A DNA stretch of 64,000 bases from Opitutales bacterium (GTDB lineage Bacteria > Verrucomicrobiota > Verrucomicrobiia > Opitutales > UBA2987): positions 678,830 to 742,829 of the forward strand of contig CBDDEL010000015.1 of assembly GCA_965226885.1 (NCBI GenBank), given 5' to 3'. Made by a program: the position numbers and the translations under genes. How positions within the stretch are numbered: position 1 is the stretch's first letter; each line of letters opens with the position of its first letter. This document shows positions 51,093-61,970 of this stretch, piece by piece. The notes beneath the pieces are model-generated. The model was not told the origin of the DNA. It ran no database searches and was given only the letters and a program-made list of their open reading frames with translations.

Positions 51093-52659
51093 CCCGGATA
51101 TTTCGTAAAAAAAGTATCGTTGATATGCTTAACTGCTGATATACAGCAGGATAGATCAATAATTAAAGCAATATCAGCGATGACAAAAGGTAAACAATTA
51201 AAGCTACAGTTGACAAGGGTAAAAGGCCGCCGTGTGCGGGTTGATTTCAAGGGCGGAGAGGTTACTTCGGATGCCGGACTGCTTTTGATCCGGGAAGTGG
51301 ATCGGCAGTTGGGCTTGACCGAACGAGCGGCCCGACAGTTAGTGGACAAACGGCAGAAGGGCAAAGTACGCCATGAGGTATTGGGGATGCTGCGGCAGCG
51401 CGTTTACGGGCTGGTGGCGGGCTATGAGGATTTGAACGACTTTGATACCCTGCGCCACGATCCATTGTTGCAAACGGTAACGGGGCGCATTGAAACGTTG
51501 GCCAGCGCGCCGACTTTGTGTCGTTTTGAAAACGGGCAGGATCGGCGGGCGGCCTTTGCGGTAAACGAGCTGTTGGTCGAACAGTTCATGGGCTCCTTTG
51601 CCGAGGAACCCGAAGAGATCATCCTGGACTTTGACGCCACCGACAATCCGGTGCACGGGCTCCAGGAGGGACGTTTTTTCCACGGTTATTATGATCATTA
51701 CTGTTTTCTGCCGCTATATGTTTTTTGCGGTGATCAGCTGCTGGTGGCCTACCTGCGGCCGAGCAAGATCGATGCCAGCAAGCATGCTGGGGCCATCCTC
51801 AAATTGCTGGTTAAACGGATTCGCCAAAGCTGGCCCCGTACGCGGATTATTTGGCGCGCCGACAGTGGATTTTGTCGAGACCGGATACTCTCTTGGTGCG
51901 ACCGCAACGAAGTTAGTTACATCGTGGGGATGGCTCGCAATGCACGCTTGCAGCAAGACGCCCAGCAGTTGCAAAAGCAGGCCAAAGAATGGTTCGAACT
52001 AAGGGGTAAAAAACAACGGTTATTCCAGGACTTCGTCTATGCTGCCGATTCGTGGCGATGGCTGCGGTTGGTCATCCATAAAGCCGAACACACCGCACAG
52101 GGGTCCAACCCGCGCTTCGTGGTGACGAACCTGCCGGGCGATCCCCAGGAGCTTTACGACAAGGTATACTGTGGCCGCGGTGAAATGGAGAACCGAATCA
52201 AGGAACAGATGCAATTGTTCAGCGAGCGCACCAGCGCCCATCAATGGTGGGCCAATCAGTGCCGATTGCTCTTGTCGGCGCTGGCCTACACCTTGATGGA
52301 AGCCATGCGCCGGTTAGCCTTAAAAGGGACGAAGTGGGCGCGGGCCCAATGGCACACCCTGCGGCTCAAATTAATCAAGATCGGAGCGGTCATCGTGCGC
52401 AACACCCGAACGATTCACTTTCACCTAAGTGAGAGTTATCCTTGGGCCAGTCTTTTCAACCATGCGGCCCGCCGATTGGTGCCAACCTAAAGGGTGCATT
52501 GGTGCTGCCCCCGGCACTACCGAACCAATGGGGGAAAGGGGGCAGTGTCTCTACACCCTGAAAAACACCTAAAAATCAAGACGATCTGCTCAAAATACAA
52601 AGAAATCCATCTCCAATAGCAATAACGAGCCAAACTTTACCCTTCATGAAATATCCGGG
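51093..52659 (+). mobile_element. IS1380-family element, copy 2 (intact, 1567 bp)
   Basis: Same TIRs as copy 1. TSD CTAA (51089-92, 52660-63). Confidence 0.96.
51180..52490 (+). CDS. IS1380-family transposase
   Basis: SDAGLLL, GYEDLND, LDFDATD, GYYDHYCFLPL, RADSGF and RGEMENRIKE. Confidence 0.95.
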   Translation: MTKGKQLKLQLTRVKGRRVRVDFKGGEVTSDAGLLLIREVDRQLGLTERAARQLVDKRQKGKVRHEVLGMLRQRVYGLVAGYEDLNDFDTLRHDPLLQTVTGRIETLASAPTLCRFENGQDRRAAFAVNELLVEQFMGSFAEEPEEIILDFDATDNPVHGLQEGRFFHGYYDHYCFLPLYVFCGDQLLVAYLRPSKIDASKHAGAILKLLVKRIRQSWPRTRIIWRADSGFCRDRILSWCDRNEVSYIVGMARNARLQQDAQQLQKQAKEWFELRGKKQRLFQDFVYAADSWRWLRLVIHKAEHTAQGSNPRFVVTNLPGDPQELYDKVYCGRGEMENRIKEQMQLFSERTSAHQWWANQCRLLLSALAYTLMEAMRRLALKGTKWARAQWHTLRLKLIKIGAVIVRNTRTIHFHLSESYPWASLFNHAARRLVPT

Positions 52660-52993
52660 CTAAGGTGAAAGTGGCCTCCGCAGCCACGAAGAAACCGCTT
52701 GCTGGAACCGTGCCGCTTAGTGCGACGACCGCTTCTACCTTCCCACTGGGACTATCTCCAAGAACCAGATAAGTGACTCCCTCGAGCGATTCGCCGGGAG
52801 TTCCTGAAAGTTCAAAATATTCGTCATCGTCGCCGCCGCCTTGGTCAATGCGAACTTCGTTGATCAGTAAGGTGGGAAAAGCGTAGGAAACTGCGAAGAG
52901 GAGAGACGTGAGAGTGGCCAGGTATTTATTCATGATTCTATTCATGATTCGATATTTTTGGTTATCCGGTTGTGAAAATAAAATGCGTAGTTA

Positions 52994-54866
52994 GAGGCTG
53001 TCCCAAAAATATAAAGATTTTATAGTCAACTGGATGACGTTGATAAAAAGAGCCGGAAAGAGCAAGTTTTTGCTCGATCCGGCCAAAAAAGGGTTCTATA
53101 ATTGAGTTAGCGAAAATCAATATAGCCCTTTCTATGAAAAATATAGCCATCCAATGCCTCCTGCGTCCAGCTTTAACTGTGGTCGACCGGTGCCTCGATT
53201 ACGATAACTTCCGCGCCACCATTGATCGAATCGATCGGCTGCTGATCGACTCGGAGGTGGAATCGCAGGCCATTGAGCTGGCCTTGGAGGGGTGGCCGCC
53301 AATGGGTCTAAAGGCCCGGCGGCAGCGGGCCAGTTTTGCCATCAAGGCACTGCGCATGGATACGCTGGGCCGTCTGCTCGGAGGGATTTCGTTTCGGCAT
53401 TTGTCGCGGGCTCTGGGCAGCAGCGATCTGTTGGCCGACTTTTGCCGTGTCCGGCAGATCGATGGCATCAGGGGCATCTCCAAAAGCACCCTGGAGCGGG
53501 CCTCGAAGTTTTTCAGCGAAGAGCAGTTGAGGGCCTTGCACCGGACCTTGACTGAGGTGGTGGGCGATGCCCTTCTGGCCCGGCAGGTGGGATTGGACAA
53601 GCCGATTGACCCCACCATTTGCCTGATCGACGGCACCTGTTTGGAGGCTAACATTCATTGGCCGACGGACTGGGTATTACTCAAGGATGTAGCCGGCACG
53701 TTGCTCAAAGCGATCCGGCTGATCCGCGAGAAGGCCGGTGTGCGCCATCGCATGCCGATCGAACCGGAGCCCTTGGCTCGGCAGATGAATCGGCTGTGCA
53801 TACAGATGACCCACAGCCGGCGGCGAAAGGACAGCGCGCGGCAGCGCAAGGGTATCTTGAGGCAGATGAAAAAGCTGCTCAAACGGATCGGGGAGCATGC
53901 CCGCAGTCACCGGGAATTATTGCAAGCCTGCTGGGAGCAAAGCGATTACAGCGAAAAACAGGTCCAACAGATCCTCGCCCGGATGGAGCGCATGAGCGAG
54001 CAAATCCCGGTGGTCATCAAACAGGCGCACGAGCGGATCATTGGCGGCCGGCAGGTGAAAAACGCAGAGAAAGTCTTGAGTGTTTACGAACTCGATGGGC
54101 AGGTGATTGTGCGAGGTAAAGCGGGCCAAGAGGTCGAGTTCGGCAACACCCTGTTTTTGGGAGAAAGCGTTGAAGGGTACCTGCTGGACTGGAAACTCTA
54201 CGGCAGCCGAACTCCAAGCGAAAATGAACAAATGCAAGAGAGTTTGCAAAGACAGAACCGCTTCAACCTGGAAGAACCCATAGCGGCCATGTGCGCGGAC
54301 CGGGGATTTGCCTCCCAGCGGGCCCGCCGGCAGTTAGCCCAGGAGGGAATCTACGACGCGCTCTGTCCACGCGATCCGAAGCAGTTGAAAAAACGGATGG
54401 AGGAACCACTGTTCAGACAATTGCAAAAGCGCCGGGCCAGCACCGAAGGGCGGATCGGGGTATTGAAGGATCGCTGGCAGGCCGGGCGGTTGCGCAGCAA
54501 AGGCTTTGCCAACCGCTCGATCAGCGTAGCCTGGTCGGTACTCTCGCACAACCTATGGAAAGTAGCCAAGATGCTGGCCCAGCAAGACGAACTAAAAACC
54601 AAAGCGGCGGCCTAGAGAGCGGCAAAGCGGCGGCCTAGAGAGCGGCCTAGAGAGCGGAAAAGCAAGGACAATACTTTTTCACAGCCGTACTGTCGGCTCA
54701 TACAAAGAAAACCAGGCAACCGGACCCCAAAACCAGTATCCTAACGTCATAGGAGAGCAAAGTTACGTCATAGGAGAGCAAAGTTGATACTCTCCCAAAT
54801 GCAAATACCTCTAAAATGAGCGCCTATCAAAAGCCCTCGCAAAAATCACCCTTTTGGGACAGCCTC
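52994..54866 (+). mobile_element. IS element with IS5-like/ISNCY DDE transposase (1873 bp)
   Basis: TIRs GAGGCTGTCCCAAAA / TTTTGGGACAGCCTC and 6-bp TSD TAGTTA. Confidence 0.92.
53134..54615 (+). CDS. DDE transposase (IS5-like/ISNCY)
   Basis: DGTCLEANIHWPTD, RGKAGQEVEFG, ADRGF and RASTEGRIGVLK. Confidence 0.92.
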   Translation: MKNIAIQCLLRPALTVVDRCLDYDNFRATIDRIDRLLIDSEVESQAIELALEGWPPMGLKARRQRASFAIKALRMDTLGRLLGGISFRHLSRALGSSDLLADFCRVRQIDGIRGISKSTLERASKFFSEEQLRALHRTLTEVVGDALLARQVGLDKPIDPTICLIDGTCLEANIHWPTDWVLLKDVAGTLLKAIRLIREKAGVRHRMPIEPEPLARQMNRLCIQMTHSRRRKDSARQRKGILRQMKKLLKRIGEHARSHRELLQACWEQSDYSEKQVQQILARMERMSEQIPVVIKQAHERIIGGRQVKNAEKVLSVYELDGQVIVRGKAGQEVEFGNTLFLGESVEGYLLDWKLYGSRTPSENEQMQESLQRQNRFNLEEPIAAMCADRGFASQRARRQLAQEGIYDALCPRDPKQLKKRMEEPLFRQLQKRRASTEGRIGVLKDRWQAGRLRSKGFANRSISVAWSVLSHNLWKVAKMLAQQDELKTKAAA

Positions 54867-55153
54867 TAGTTACGGCTGTATGATCCAAGTTCAGTACTTA
54901 AAAGCACATAAAAAATTAAAACGCAAGGACTTATTCACCAATACATTGGTAGAGCATACACCATTAATCAAGACTGTTCTTTTAAATTAGTCAACACGAT
55001 AAGAGTGAAGGTTTTCTAAAGTTTTTCCACAATTTTCTAAAAACATCCATAAAAAAAGAGAAGGGCCGGAATTTTTCATCCGGCCCCTCTCGATTAAAGG
55101 TTAATTAAAAGTTGGTTTCTCTGCGCATCGCAGCGGCCCCTTACTTAATTCGT

Positions 55154-58100
55154 TTACGGTATGCTTATCGGTATGCTTATGATCTCACCTTCGGGGTTCT
55201 CGAAGAACCTCAGCGCAGGCGTATTCCCCGCGAACGAGAAGTAGTAGCCTTCCGGCAGGAACGGCGACCGGCTGAAGATATACATGAACCTCCAGCTTTC
55301 TTCGTTCAGGAATGCCCACTTGCCAATGCCAAGGTCCCACACGAAGATTTTCTCTTCCAGGCTGGCGCTGGAGACAAACTGCCATCCAGATTCATCGTGG
55401 TAAATCCACGGCCAGAAGCCCGCAAAGTAGTTCTTATACCAAGGGGAGGCCTTCCAGCCCGGGAACCCTTCGATATCCACTCCTAAGAACACATCCATCA
55501 CCGTCACCGTCACCGTGTCGCTGTCCACCGTGATGTCACCGTTGCTTATCTGCACCCAGTAGCTGGTCGTCTCGCCCAATGCTCCGGTGTTATACTCGGC
55601 GTCACCCTCTCCAATAGTAGTCTTCTTCAATACCAGGGCGTCATCGCCATTGATGAAGGTGGTTTCATGCAGGTCGTCCACCAAATTGTCTCGCGCAGCC
55701 AGGATGGTCGCGTCGGCTGAATCGTTCCCGATAACCAGAACCTCTCCATCGGCCAGTTCGTCCGCAATGTCAATCAGGGGCAGGCTGTTGGTCGGGTCCG
55801 TCGCTCCGTTGTTGAAGCTTTCCACAGAATAGCCGGCCAAGTCCACCGCAGCTCCTGTGCCGTTGTAGATTTCGTAGGCCTTGTTGTTGCTGCTGCCTTC
55901 AATGTATTCAGAGAAGAACAGATCGGTGGCAGCCGCATCGGCCGTGTGCGTCCCCAAGTCGTCAAAGGTATCCTGCGCAAAACCATCCCATTCATCGGTC
56001 AGGTCATCCTCGTTGCCGACAAAGCCGTCCGCATCCCCTTGGGTCACACTCGACTTGCGCACCAGGGTATGCTCACCTGTGGTGGCATCGCCACTGCCCC
56101 ATTCACTGCCTGGATCGACTCCAACCACTCCGATTATGTCGAGGATCTCTACCAAGGCATCAAAGGCATCATCCACCGGGGTGGTGGTGTCGCCGCTTTC
56201 GCCTTGAAACCACTGGTAGGTAATGTCGTCGCCGGTGACATCGGTTGTCACCGTCAAAGTGGCCATTTGCCCGACGGTGATGGTGGCATCCATAGGCTGC
56301 TCGGTAATATTGATGGGATCGAAAATGTCGATGTTCACCGTGGCTACATCCGTCGTCTCTCCGTCACTTATTTCGTATCGGAAACTATCCGTGGTGGACG
56401 CGCCGCCGTCATGGGTGTAGGTAAAGTAACCATCCGCCCCCAATACCAGGGTCCCGTTGGCTACATCGCTCACCGGTGTGGTATTTACGGCAAGTACGGC
56501 GTCAATATCCGCGTCTGTGTCGTTGGCCAGGACATTGGGCGAAGATACTGTGCCACCCGTCGTCAGCTTGACAATGTCATAGTTGGCCACCGGGTCGTTG
56601 TCATTTACAAGCGTTACCCAAATATCGACTGTTGCTGTGGTTGTGATTCCGGCATTGTCATCCAATACATAGACGAAACTGTCCGTGACGTTCTCGGTGC
56701 CGTCGTTAGCATAGACAAATGTGCCGTTGGCATTCAAAGTCAGTGTTCCATGGCCGGGACCACTAAACACGCTCGCTTCCAAATTGTCGCCGGGCAGGTC
56801 CTGATCGGTATCGTTGGCCAGCACGCTGGTGACTCCAGCGTCTAAATTATCGGCCGTACCGCCTTCGGTCACTGTCATGTGATCGTCGTTGCCCACGGGC
56901 GCTGTATTGACCGGATTTATGGTGATCGAAACCGTCGCGGTGTCTACGACATCCACTTGCCCCCTGATCTCACCGGCTGCGTTTGCCGCCGTGTGGACAT
57001 TCAAGTACCAAAGACCGGCCTGCAGGGTAGCGGCCTGGGAGCCGGTAAGCGTCGCACTTCCCACTGCGGGGCTTTCAATCAGGCCGATGAACAAATCTAT
57101 CCTGGCCGCTTCTCCCGACGCTGCCGGCCCGTGAAAATGCATGCCTGTGGCCGCTCCCGTTAACCCATCGTAGGTAATCGTCCAATTAAACAGGTTGGTT
57201 TCGGGATCGAAAGTAGCTATTCCGGTGCCAGATGGGGTAGCGCCATCCAAGTCGAGATCGTTTACGACCTGATCAACGTCTATAGAGAATTCAAAAGCCG
57301 TGCCCGCCACGAAATCTACTAGCCCATCGTCGCTGATCGTGTAATCAAAGCTGTCGGCAGTAGTCTCGGAGCCGTCGTGGGTGTAGGTGAAATCACCATT
57401 GCCAGCAAGAGTCACCGTGCCGTTGGTGGTATCGAAAGTTCCCGGATTGGTCACCGTGAGGTCATCGCCTTCTGCGTCGGTATCATTATCCAAGACGCTG
57501 CTGGCTCCACCAATCAATATCGAGGTCGTGCCTCCCTCGTCCACCACGGCGGCGTCAGGCTTGGCTACCGGAGCATCATTGTTCTTCACTATCGCGATGG
57601 TGACCGTAGCCGCTCTCACATCGGTGCCGTCGGTCACACTGTAAACAAAGAAGTCCGAGGTGGTTTCGCTGCCATCGTGGGTATAGGTGAATTCACCGTT
57701 GGCCAGAAGTTCTACAGTGCCGTTGTCGGTCGCGTTGACCCCAGTGTTGACAACCGAAAGCGGTGAATTATCGAGCAGATCGGTATCGTTGTCCAGCACA
57801 CTGTCGGCACCGCCATCCAATACCGAGGTGCTGAGGCCTTCTATAGCCACGGCGCTGTCCGGATTAGCCACCACCGGCGAATCGCTCACCAGAGTGATCG
57901 TGATATCTAACCTCCCGTTGCGGACCGCCAACCCATCCCCGACGGCGTAATCGAAAAAGTCCGAAGTTGTCTCGCTGCCGTCATGGGTATAAGTGTATTC
58001 ACCAATGGCATTGATCTGTATGCTTCCATTTTCTGTGGCGATGGAATTGGGCGTAGTTGCCGTCGTCAAAACTTCCAAATCATCGGGGCCATCCGGATCG

Positions 58101-58825
58101 GTATCGTTCGCCAACAAGGTAGGATTAGTTACAGATACTGTGCCTCCCTCGTCCACAGTTACGGTGTCATCCCCGGGATCGGGCAGGTCGTTGACCGGGA
58201 GGATGGTGATAAATACTGTTCCCCCATCGTTGGCCACGCCATCGCTTACTAAATAAGAAAATTCATCCGTCGTGGTCTCGCTGCCATCATGGGTATAAGT
58301 AAAAAAGCCGCCTGCGGCCAGGGTTAATGTGCCGTTGTCGGTTGTAATGTTAATAGTCGCCTCCAGCACGTCGCCCGGTAGATCGGCATCGGTGTCATTG
58401 GCCAGAACATCCACCTTATTGATAGTGCCGCCCTCGTCCACGGTGGCGTAGTCGTTCACCGCCACCGGCGCATTGTCATTGTCCGGTGCAATGTCGATGG
58501 TTACCGTGGCAATGGCCGTGGCTCCGTCTCCATCGGCAACTTCATAAACGAAGCTGTCCGTGCGATGTTCGTCACCGTCATGGGTGTAATCGAAGGTGCC
58601 GTCGCCGTTGAGGGTGAAAGCGCTGGCATGGCTCGGCCCGCTAACCACAGCAGCGCTGTCAGTAGTATCGGTGTCGTTGGCCAACACGCTGGTGGCCCCG
58701 TCGTCAAGGACTGATATGGTGCCGCCCTCGCCCACGGTGGCTGCATCGTCGTTGGCTACAGGATCAGCGAATGCGAATGAAACCGAGAAAAGTAGAGTCC
58801 ACAGTGTGGGAAGGAGTTTTTTCAT
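55154..58825 (-). CDS. Large Ig-repeat/CHRD/LTD secreted protein, duplicate copy
   Basis: Translation identical to 36967..40638. Confidence 0.88.
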   Translation of the reverse strand: MKKLLPTLWTLLFSVSFAFADPVANDDAATVGEGGTISVLDDGATSVLANDTDTTDSAAVVSGPSHASAFTLNGDGTFDYTHDGDEHRTDSFVYEVADGDGATAIATVTIDIAPDNDNAPVAVNDYATVDEGGTINKVDVLANDTDADLPGDVLEATINITTDNGTLTLAAGGFFTYTHDGSETTTDEFSYLVSDGVANDGGTVFITILPVNDLPDPGDDTVTVDEGGTVSVTNPTLLANDTDPDGPDDLEVLTTATTPNSIATENGSIQINAIGEYTYTHDGSETTSDFFDYAVGDGLAVRNGRLDITITLVSDSPVVANPDSAVAIEGLSTSVLDGGADSVLDNDTDLLDNSPLSVVNTGVNATDNGTVELLANGEFTYTHDGSETTSDFFVYSVTDGTDVRAATVTIAIVKNNDAPVAKPDAAVVDEGGTTSILIGGASSVLDNDTDAEGDDLTVTNPGTFDTTNGTVTLAGNGDFTYTHDGSETTADSFDYTISDDGLVDFVAGTAFEFSIDVDQVVNDLDLDGATPSGTGIATFDPETNLFNWTITYDGLTGAATGMHFHGPAASGEAARIDLFIGLIESPAVGSATLTGSQAATLQAGLWYLNVHTAANAAGEIRGQVDVVDTATVSITINPVNTAPVGNDDHMTVTEGGTADNLDAGVTSVLANDTDQDLPGDNLEASVFSGPGHGTLTLNANGTFVYANDGTENVTDSFVYVLDDNAGITTTATVDIWVTLVNDNDPVANYDIVKLTTGGTVSSPNVLANDTDADIDAVLAVNTTPVSDVANGTLVLGADGYFTYTHDGGASTTDSFRYEISDGETTDVATVNIDIFDPINITEQPMDATITVGQMATLTVTTDVTGDDITYQWFQGESGDTTTPVDDAFDALVEILDIIGVVGVDPGSEWGSGDATTGEHTLVRKSSVTQGDADGFVGNEDDLTDEWDGFAQDTFDDLGTHTADAAATDLFFSEYIEGSSNNKAYEIYNGTGAAVDLAGYSVESFNNGATDPTNSLPLIDIADELADGEVLVIGNDSADATILAARDNLVDDLHETTFINGDDALVLKKTTIGEGDAEYNTGALGETTSYWVQISNGDITVDSDTVTVTVMDVFLGVDIEGFPGWKASPWYKNYFAGFWPWIYHDESGWQFVSSASLEEKIFVWDLGIGKWAFLNEESWRFMYIFSRSPFLPEGYYFSFAGNTPALRFFENPEGEIISIPISIP

Positions 58826-59393
58826 AATTATAGAATGGCTTTGGATTATATAGTGCTTTGGATTATATAGTTTTCGGTTTTGCAGAATGATGAAATCCTA
58901 ACATCCGGGTATAAGATTTCATAAAATTTTGTGTAATAGCTTCATGCCTGCCCATCTGCCCATCCGAATATTTCGGTTGGTAATTTTCTGTATGTTGGTA
59001 GCTTGTCAGGGCTTTGTAAACTATTTTTTTACTTTATTTTTAACAAACACTATCACTATGCTATGTGCTATGCTATGGCAAAAGCAAAAGCAAAAGCAAA
59101 AGGCAAAAGCAAAAGCAAAATGGCAAAATACGTTCTATTACCACCACCACCACCACCACCGCAAAAAGCCTCTTTTTTGCATTGCCTAAAAGGTCTGCGG
59201 GTTATTTTGCGTTATTTGTCCATCCGCCCCACTAATATATTGAGCCCTAATTATTGAGCCCTAATCTCATTATTGCAAATGTTGGATGGAGATGTGTTGG
59301 ATGGAGATGTGTTGGATGGAGATGTTGGATGGAGATGTATGTTTTTAACAATTAAGATGTATGTTTTTAACAATTAATAAGAGATAAACCAAC

Positions 59394-61970
59394 GTGAGCT
59401 ATTTTGCAAGAATCCCAGTCATTTATTTTGGATGGATCGTTTTAACCGCTTCTGCAGGTCTCTACGGCCAGGCGACGGACTTGTTTTTTTCCGAATATGT
59501 GGAAGGCAGCGGTAGCAATCAAGCCCTCGAAATCTACAACGGCACAGGGGCGCCGGTAAACCTCGCGGGCTACGAGGTATTGCTCCTCTCCTCCAGCGGA
59601 ACCGAGTTTGCCACATTTAACCTCAATAGCACCGGAACCAGCCTTGGGAATGGCGAGACTCTCGTCATCGCCAACCCCAATTCCGACCTGGCCCTCCGTT
59701 TGCTCTCCGACGCCACTTCAAACGTAGCTTTCTTTAATGGCAGCAATCCGGTGGGCCTGAAAAAAGACGGCGACCTCATCGATCTGATTGGCATCATCGG
59801 TGCAGCCGCAGGCCCCTGGGGCAGCGGTGATGATGCCACCAGGGACCACACCCTGCGCCGGCTGGAAAGCGTGACTTCCGGCGATCCCGATGGTTTTGAC
59901 GATCCATTGGACCTCTCCGCCCAATGGGCCGGTTTCGAGCAGGACAATTTTGATGGCGTGGGAGCCCATCCCGGCCTCAATGCTGGAGGCGGCGGTGGTG
60001 GCGGCGAAGACCTCATGGCCGAAATTTTTGAAATTCAGGGCAGCGGAACAAGCAGTGTTTTCGATGACCAGATCGTCACGACCGAAAACAATGTCGTCAC
60101 CGCAGTCGTCGCCGACGGCTTTTTCATGCAGACCCCGGCCGAGCGGGACGACGATAATCCGGCCACCTCCAACGGCATATTCTTATATACCGACGACCCC
60201 CCGGCGGTTGCCGTGGGCGACCTCGTAAATGTCACCGGTATTGTGCAGGAGTTTTTCGAAATGACAGAATTCACTCTCGGACCTGTCGATGGAATGGATG
60301 GCCCCATAATTACCGTCCTCTCCTCTGGCAACCCGCTCCCGGCGCACATCCAACTGGACGAATCGAACCCTTCCCCCGACCCGGAATCTCCCATCAATTT
60401 CGAGCGCTACGAAGGAATGCGGGTGGCTGTGGCCTCAGGTATCGTAACCGGCCCCACGGATTTCTTTGGAAACCTCCAAGTGGCGGCCAAGTCCACACGC
60501 ACCTTTCGCGAACCGGGGATTTTGTATCCGGCCGAATCCGGGCGACCGGTCTGGGACGGTAATCCGGAGGTCTTCGAGCTGAATCCCGATGGATTGGGTC
60601 TGGACGATGTCGAACTTCCCGCCGGAACCACATTCGATGCCGCGGGCGTCCTCTTTTTCTCTTTCGGGTTTCACCAACTGCTGCCGGACGTTTTCAACTA
60701 CACAGCGGCGGACCTGCCACGGGCGGTGAGGGACCCCAATCCCGGAGAATTTACCGTCGGCACCCAGAATTTCAGGCAGCTAAACGTTGTCGACATCGAT
60801 TTCCCGGTCAGGAGTGCGAAATTTTCCCGGCAAATCCGGGAGGTTTTAAAAGCGCCCGACATCCTCGGCGTGCAGGAGGTGCAAACCTTAAGCACCCTGA
60901 CCAGCCTGGCCGCAAAAATTCAGCAGGACGATGCCGGCATCTCCTACACTGCCTATATGATTTCGACGAGTGGGGCCATCAACAATGGCTTTCTGGTGCG
61001 CGACACCATCACCGTCGATACTGTAACCGAAATGGGCCGCGATGAAACTCTATCGACAGGCGGCACTCTGCACGACCGCCCGCCGGTTTTGCTATCAGGA
61101 AACTATACAGGAGCAGGCGATCCCTTTCCCATCAAGGTTCTCGTCGTGCATAACCGCTCGCTGATTGATTCAAACTTCACTTTTACCCAAACCAAGCGGC
61201 TGGAGCAAGCGCAGTCCATCGCCCAAATGGTGCAGGACATGCAAACAGCGGACCCCAATGTGCATCTAATCGTCACTGGCGATTTCAATGCTTTTGAGTT
61301 CACCGACGGCTTTGTCGATATTATGGGCCAGATATTGGGAGACATCACACCTGCTGACAATTCGCGCTCCGGTCCGGATTTGGTCGATCCCAATCTCATC
61401 AACCTGATTTTCCGACTCCCTGCCGAGGAACGCTACTCATTCAATCTGGATGGCAATTCCGAAGCCCTCGACCACATCCTGACCTCCATAGCACTCGATC
61501 CCTTTGTTGTGGATGTCGCCTATGGCCGCAGTAATTCCGATGCTCCCGCCAGCTTCGATGACGATTCCAGCAATCCACTGCGCTCCAGCGACCACGACGG
61601 TATGGTCGCTTTTATTGACACCGGAATCGAGCCGGATGTATTTGGCGGTGTCGATATCGCCGGTTTTCCGGGCTGGAAAGCCTCCGCCTGGTACCTCAAC
61701 TACAATGTGGCCAGCTGGCCCTGGATCTACCACGATGAACACGGCTGGCAATTTGTATCCGGCAGCAGCACCCCGGACGTCATCTTCCTTTTCGACCAAG
61801 GTTTACAGGAATGGATATTTCTCAATGCGAACACCTATCGCTGGCTTTTCTTGTTCAGCAACACCCCCGGCTGGATCTTCAGTTTCGATGACAATACCCC
61901 GGACCGCAGGTTTTTCCAAAGACTTGATGATGGATCGCTTTTCAGCATCCCGCCGGATATTGGAAACTAA
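59394..61970 (+). CDS. ExeM-like extracellular nuclease, duplicate copy
   Basis: Translation identical to 41207..43783. Confidence 0.9.
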   Translation: MSYFARIPVIYFGWIVLTASAGLYGQATDLFFSEYVEGSGSNQALEIYNGTGAPVNLAGYEVLLLSSSGTEFATFNLNSTGTSLGNGETLVIANPNSDLALRLLSDATSNVAFFNGSNPVGLKKDGDLIDLIGIIGAAAGPWGSGDDATRDHTLRRLESVTSGDPDGFDDPLDLSAQWAGFEQDNFDGVGAHPGLNAGGGGGGGEDLMAEIFEIQGSGTSSVFDDQIVTTENNVVTAVVADGFFMQTPAERDDDNPATSNGIFLYTDDPPAVAVGDLVNVTGIVQEFFEMTEFTLGPVDGMDGPIITVLSSGNPLPAHIQLDESNPSPDPESPINFERYEGMRVAVASGIVTGPTDFFGNLQVAAKSTRTFREPGILYPAESGRPVWDGNPEVFELNPDGLGLDDVELPAGTTFDAAGVLFFSFGFHQLLPDVFNYTAADLPRAVRDPNPGEFTVGTQNFRQLNVVDIDFPVRSAKFSRQIREVLKAPDILGVQEVQTLSTLTSLAAKIQQDDAGISYTAYMISTSGAINNGFLVRDTITVDTVTEMGRDETLSTGGTLHDRPPVLLSGNYTGAGDPFPIKVLVVHNRSLIDSNFTFTQTKRLEQAQSIAQMVQDMQTADPNVHLIVTGDFNAFEFTDGFVDIMGQILGDITPADNSRSGPDLVDPNLINLIFRLPAEERYSFNLDGNSEALDHILTSIALDPFVVDVAYGRSNSDAPASFDDDSSNPLRSSDHDGMVAFIDTGIEPDVFGGVDIAGFPGWKASAWYLNYNVASWPWIYHDEHGWQFVSGSSTPDVIFLFDQGLQEWIFLNANTYRWLFLFSNTPGWIFSFDDNTPDRRFFQRLDDGSLFSIPPDIGN

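Larger units (their letters stand above)
49551..52945 (-). pseudogene. Secreted LTD-like/Ig-repeat protein, split by IS1380 and truncated at its 3' end
   Basis: INEVRIDQ...EYFEL rejoins in frame (EATFTL-GTADAVF...FENSDNVTHLLV) across the IS. Its Ig repeats resemble those of the 1223-aa protein. Confidence 0.87.
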
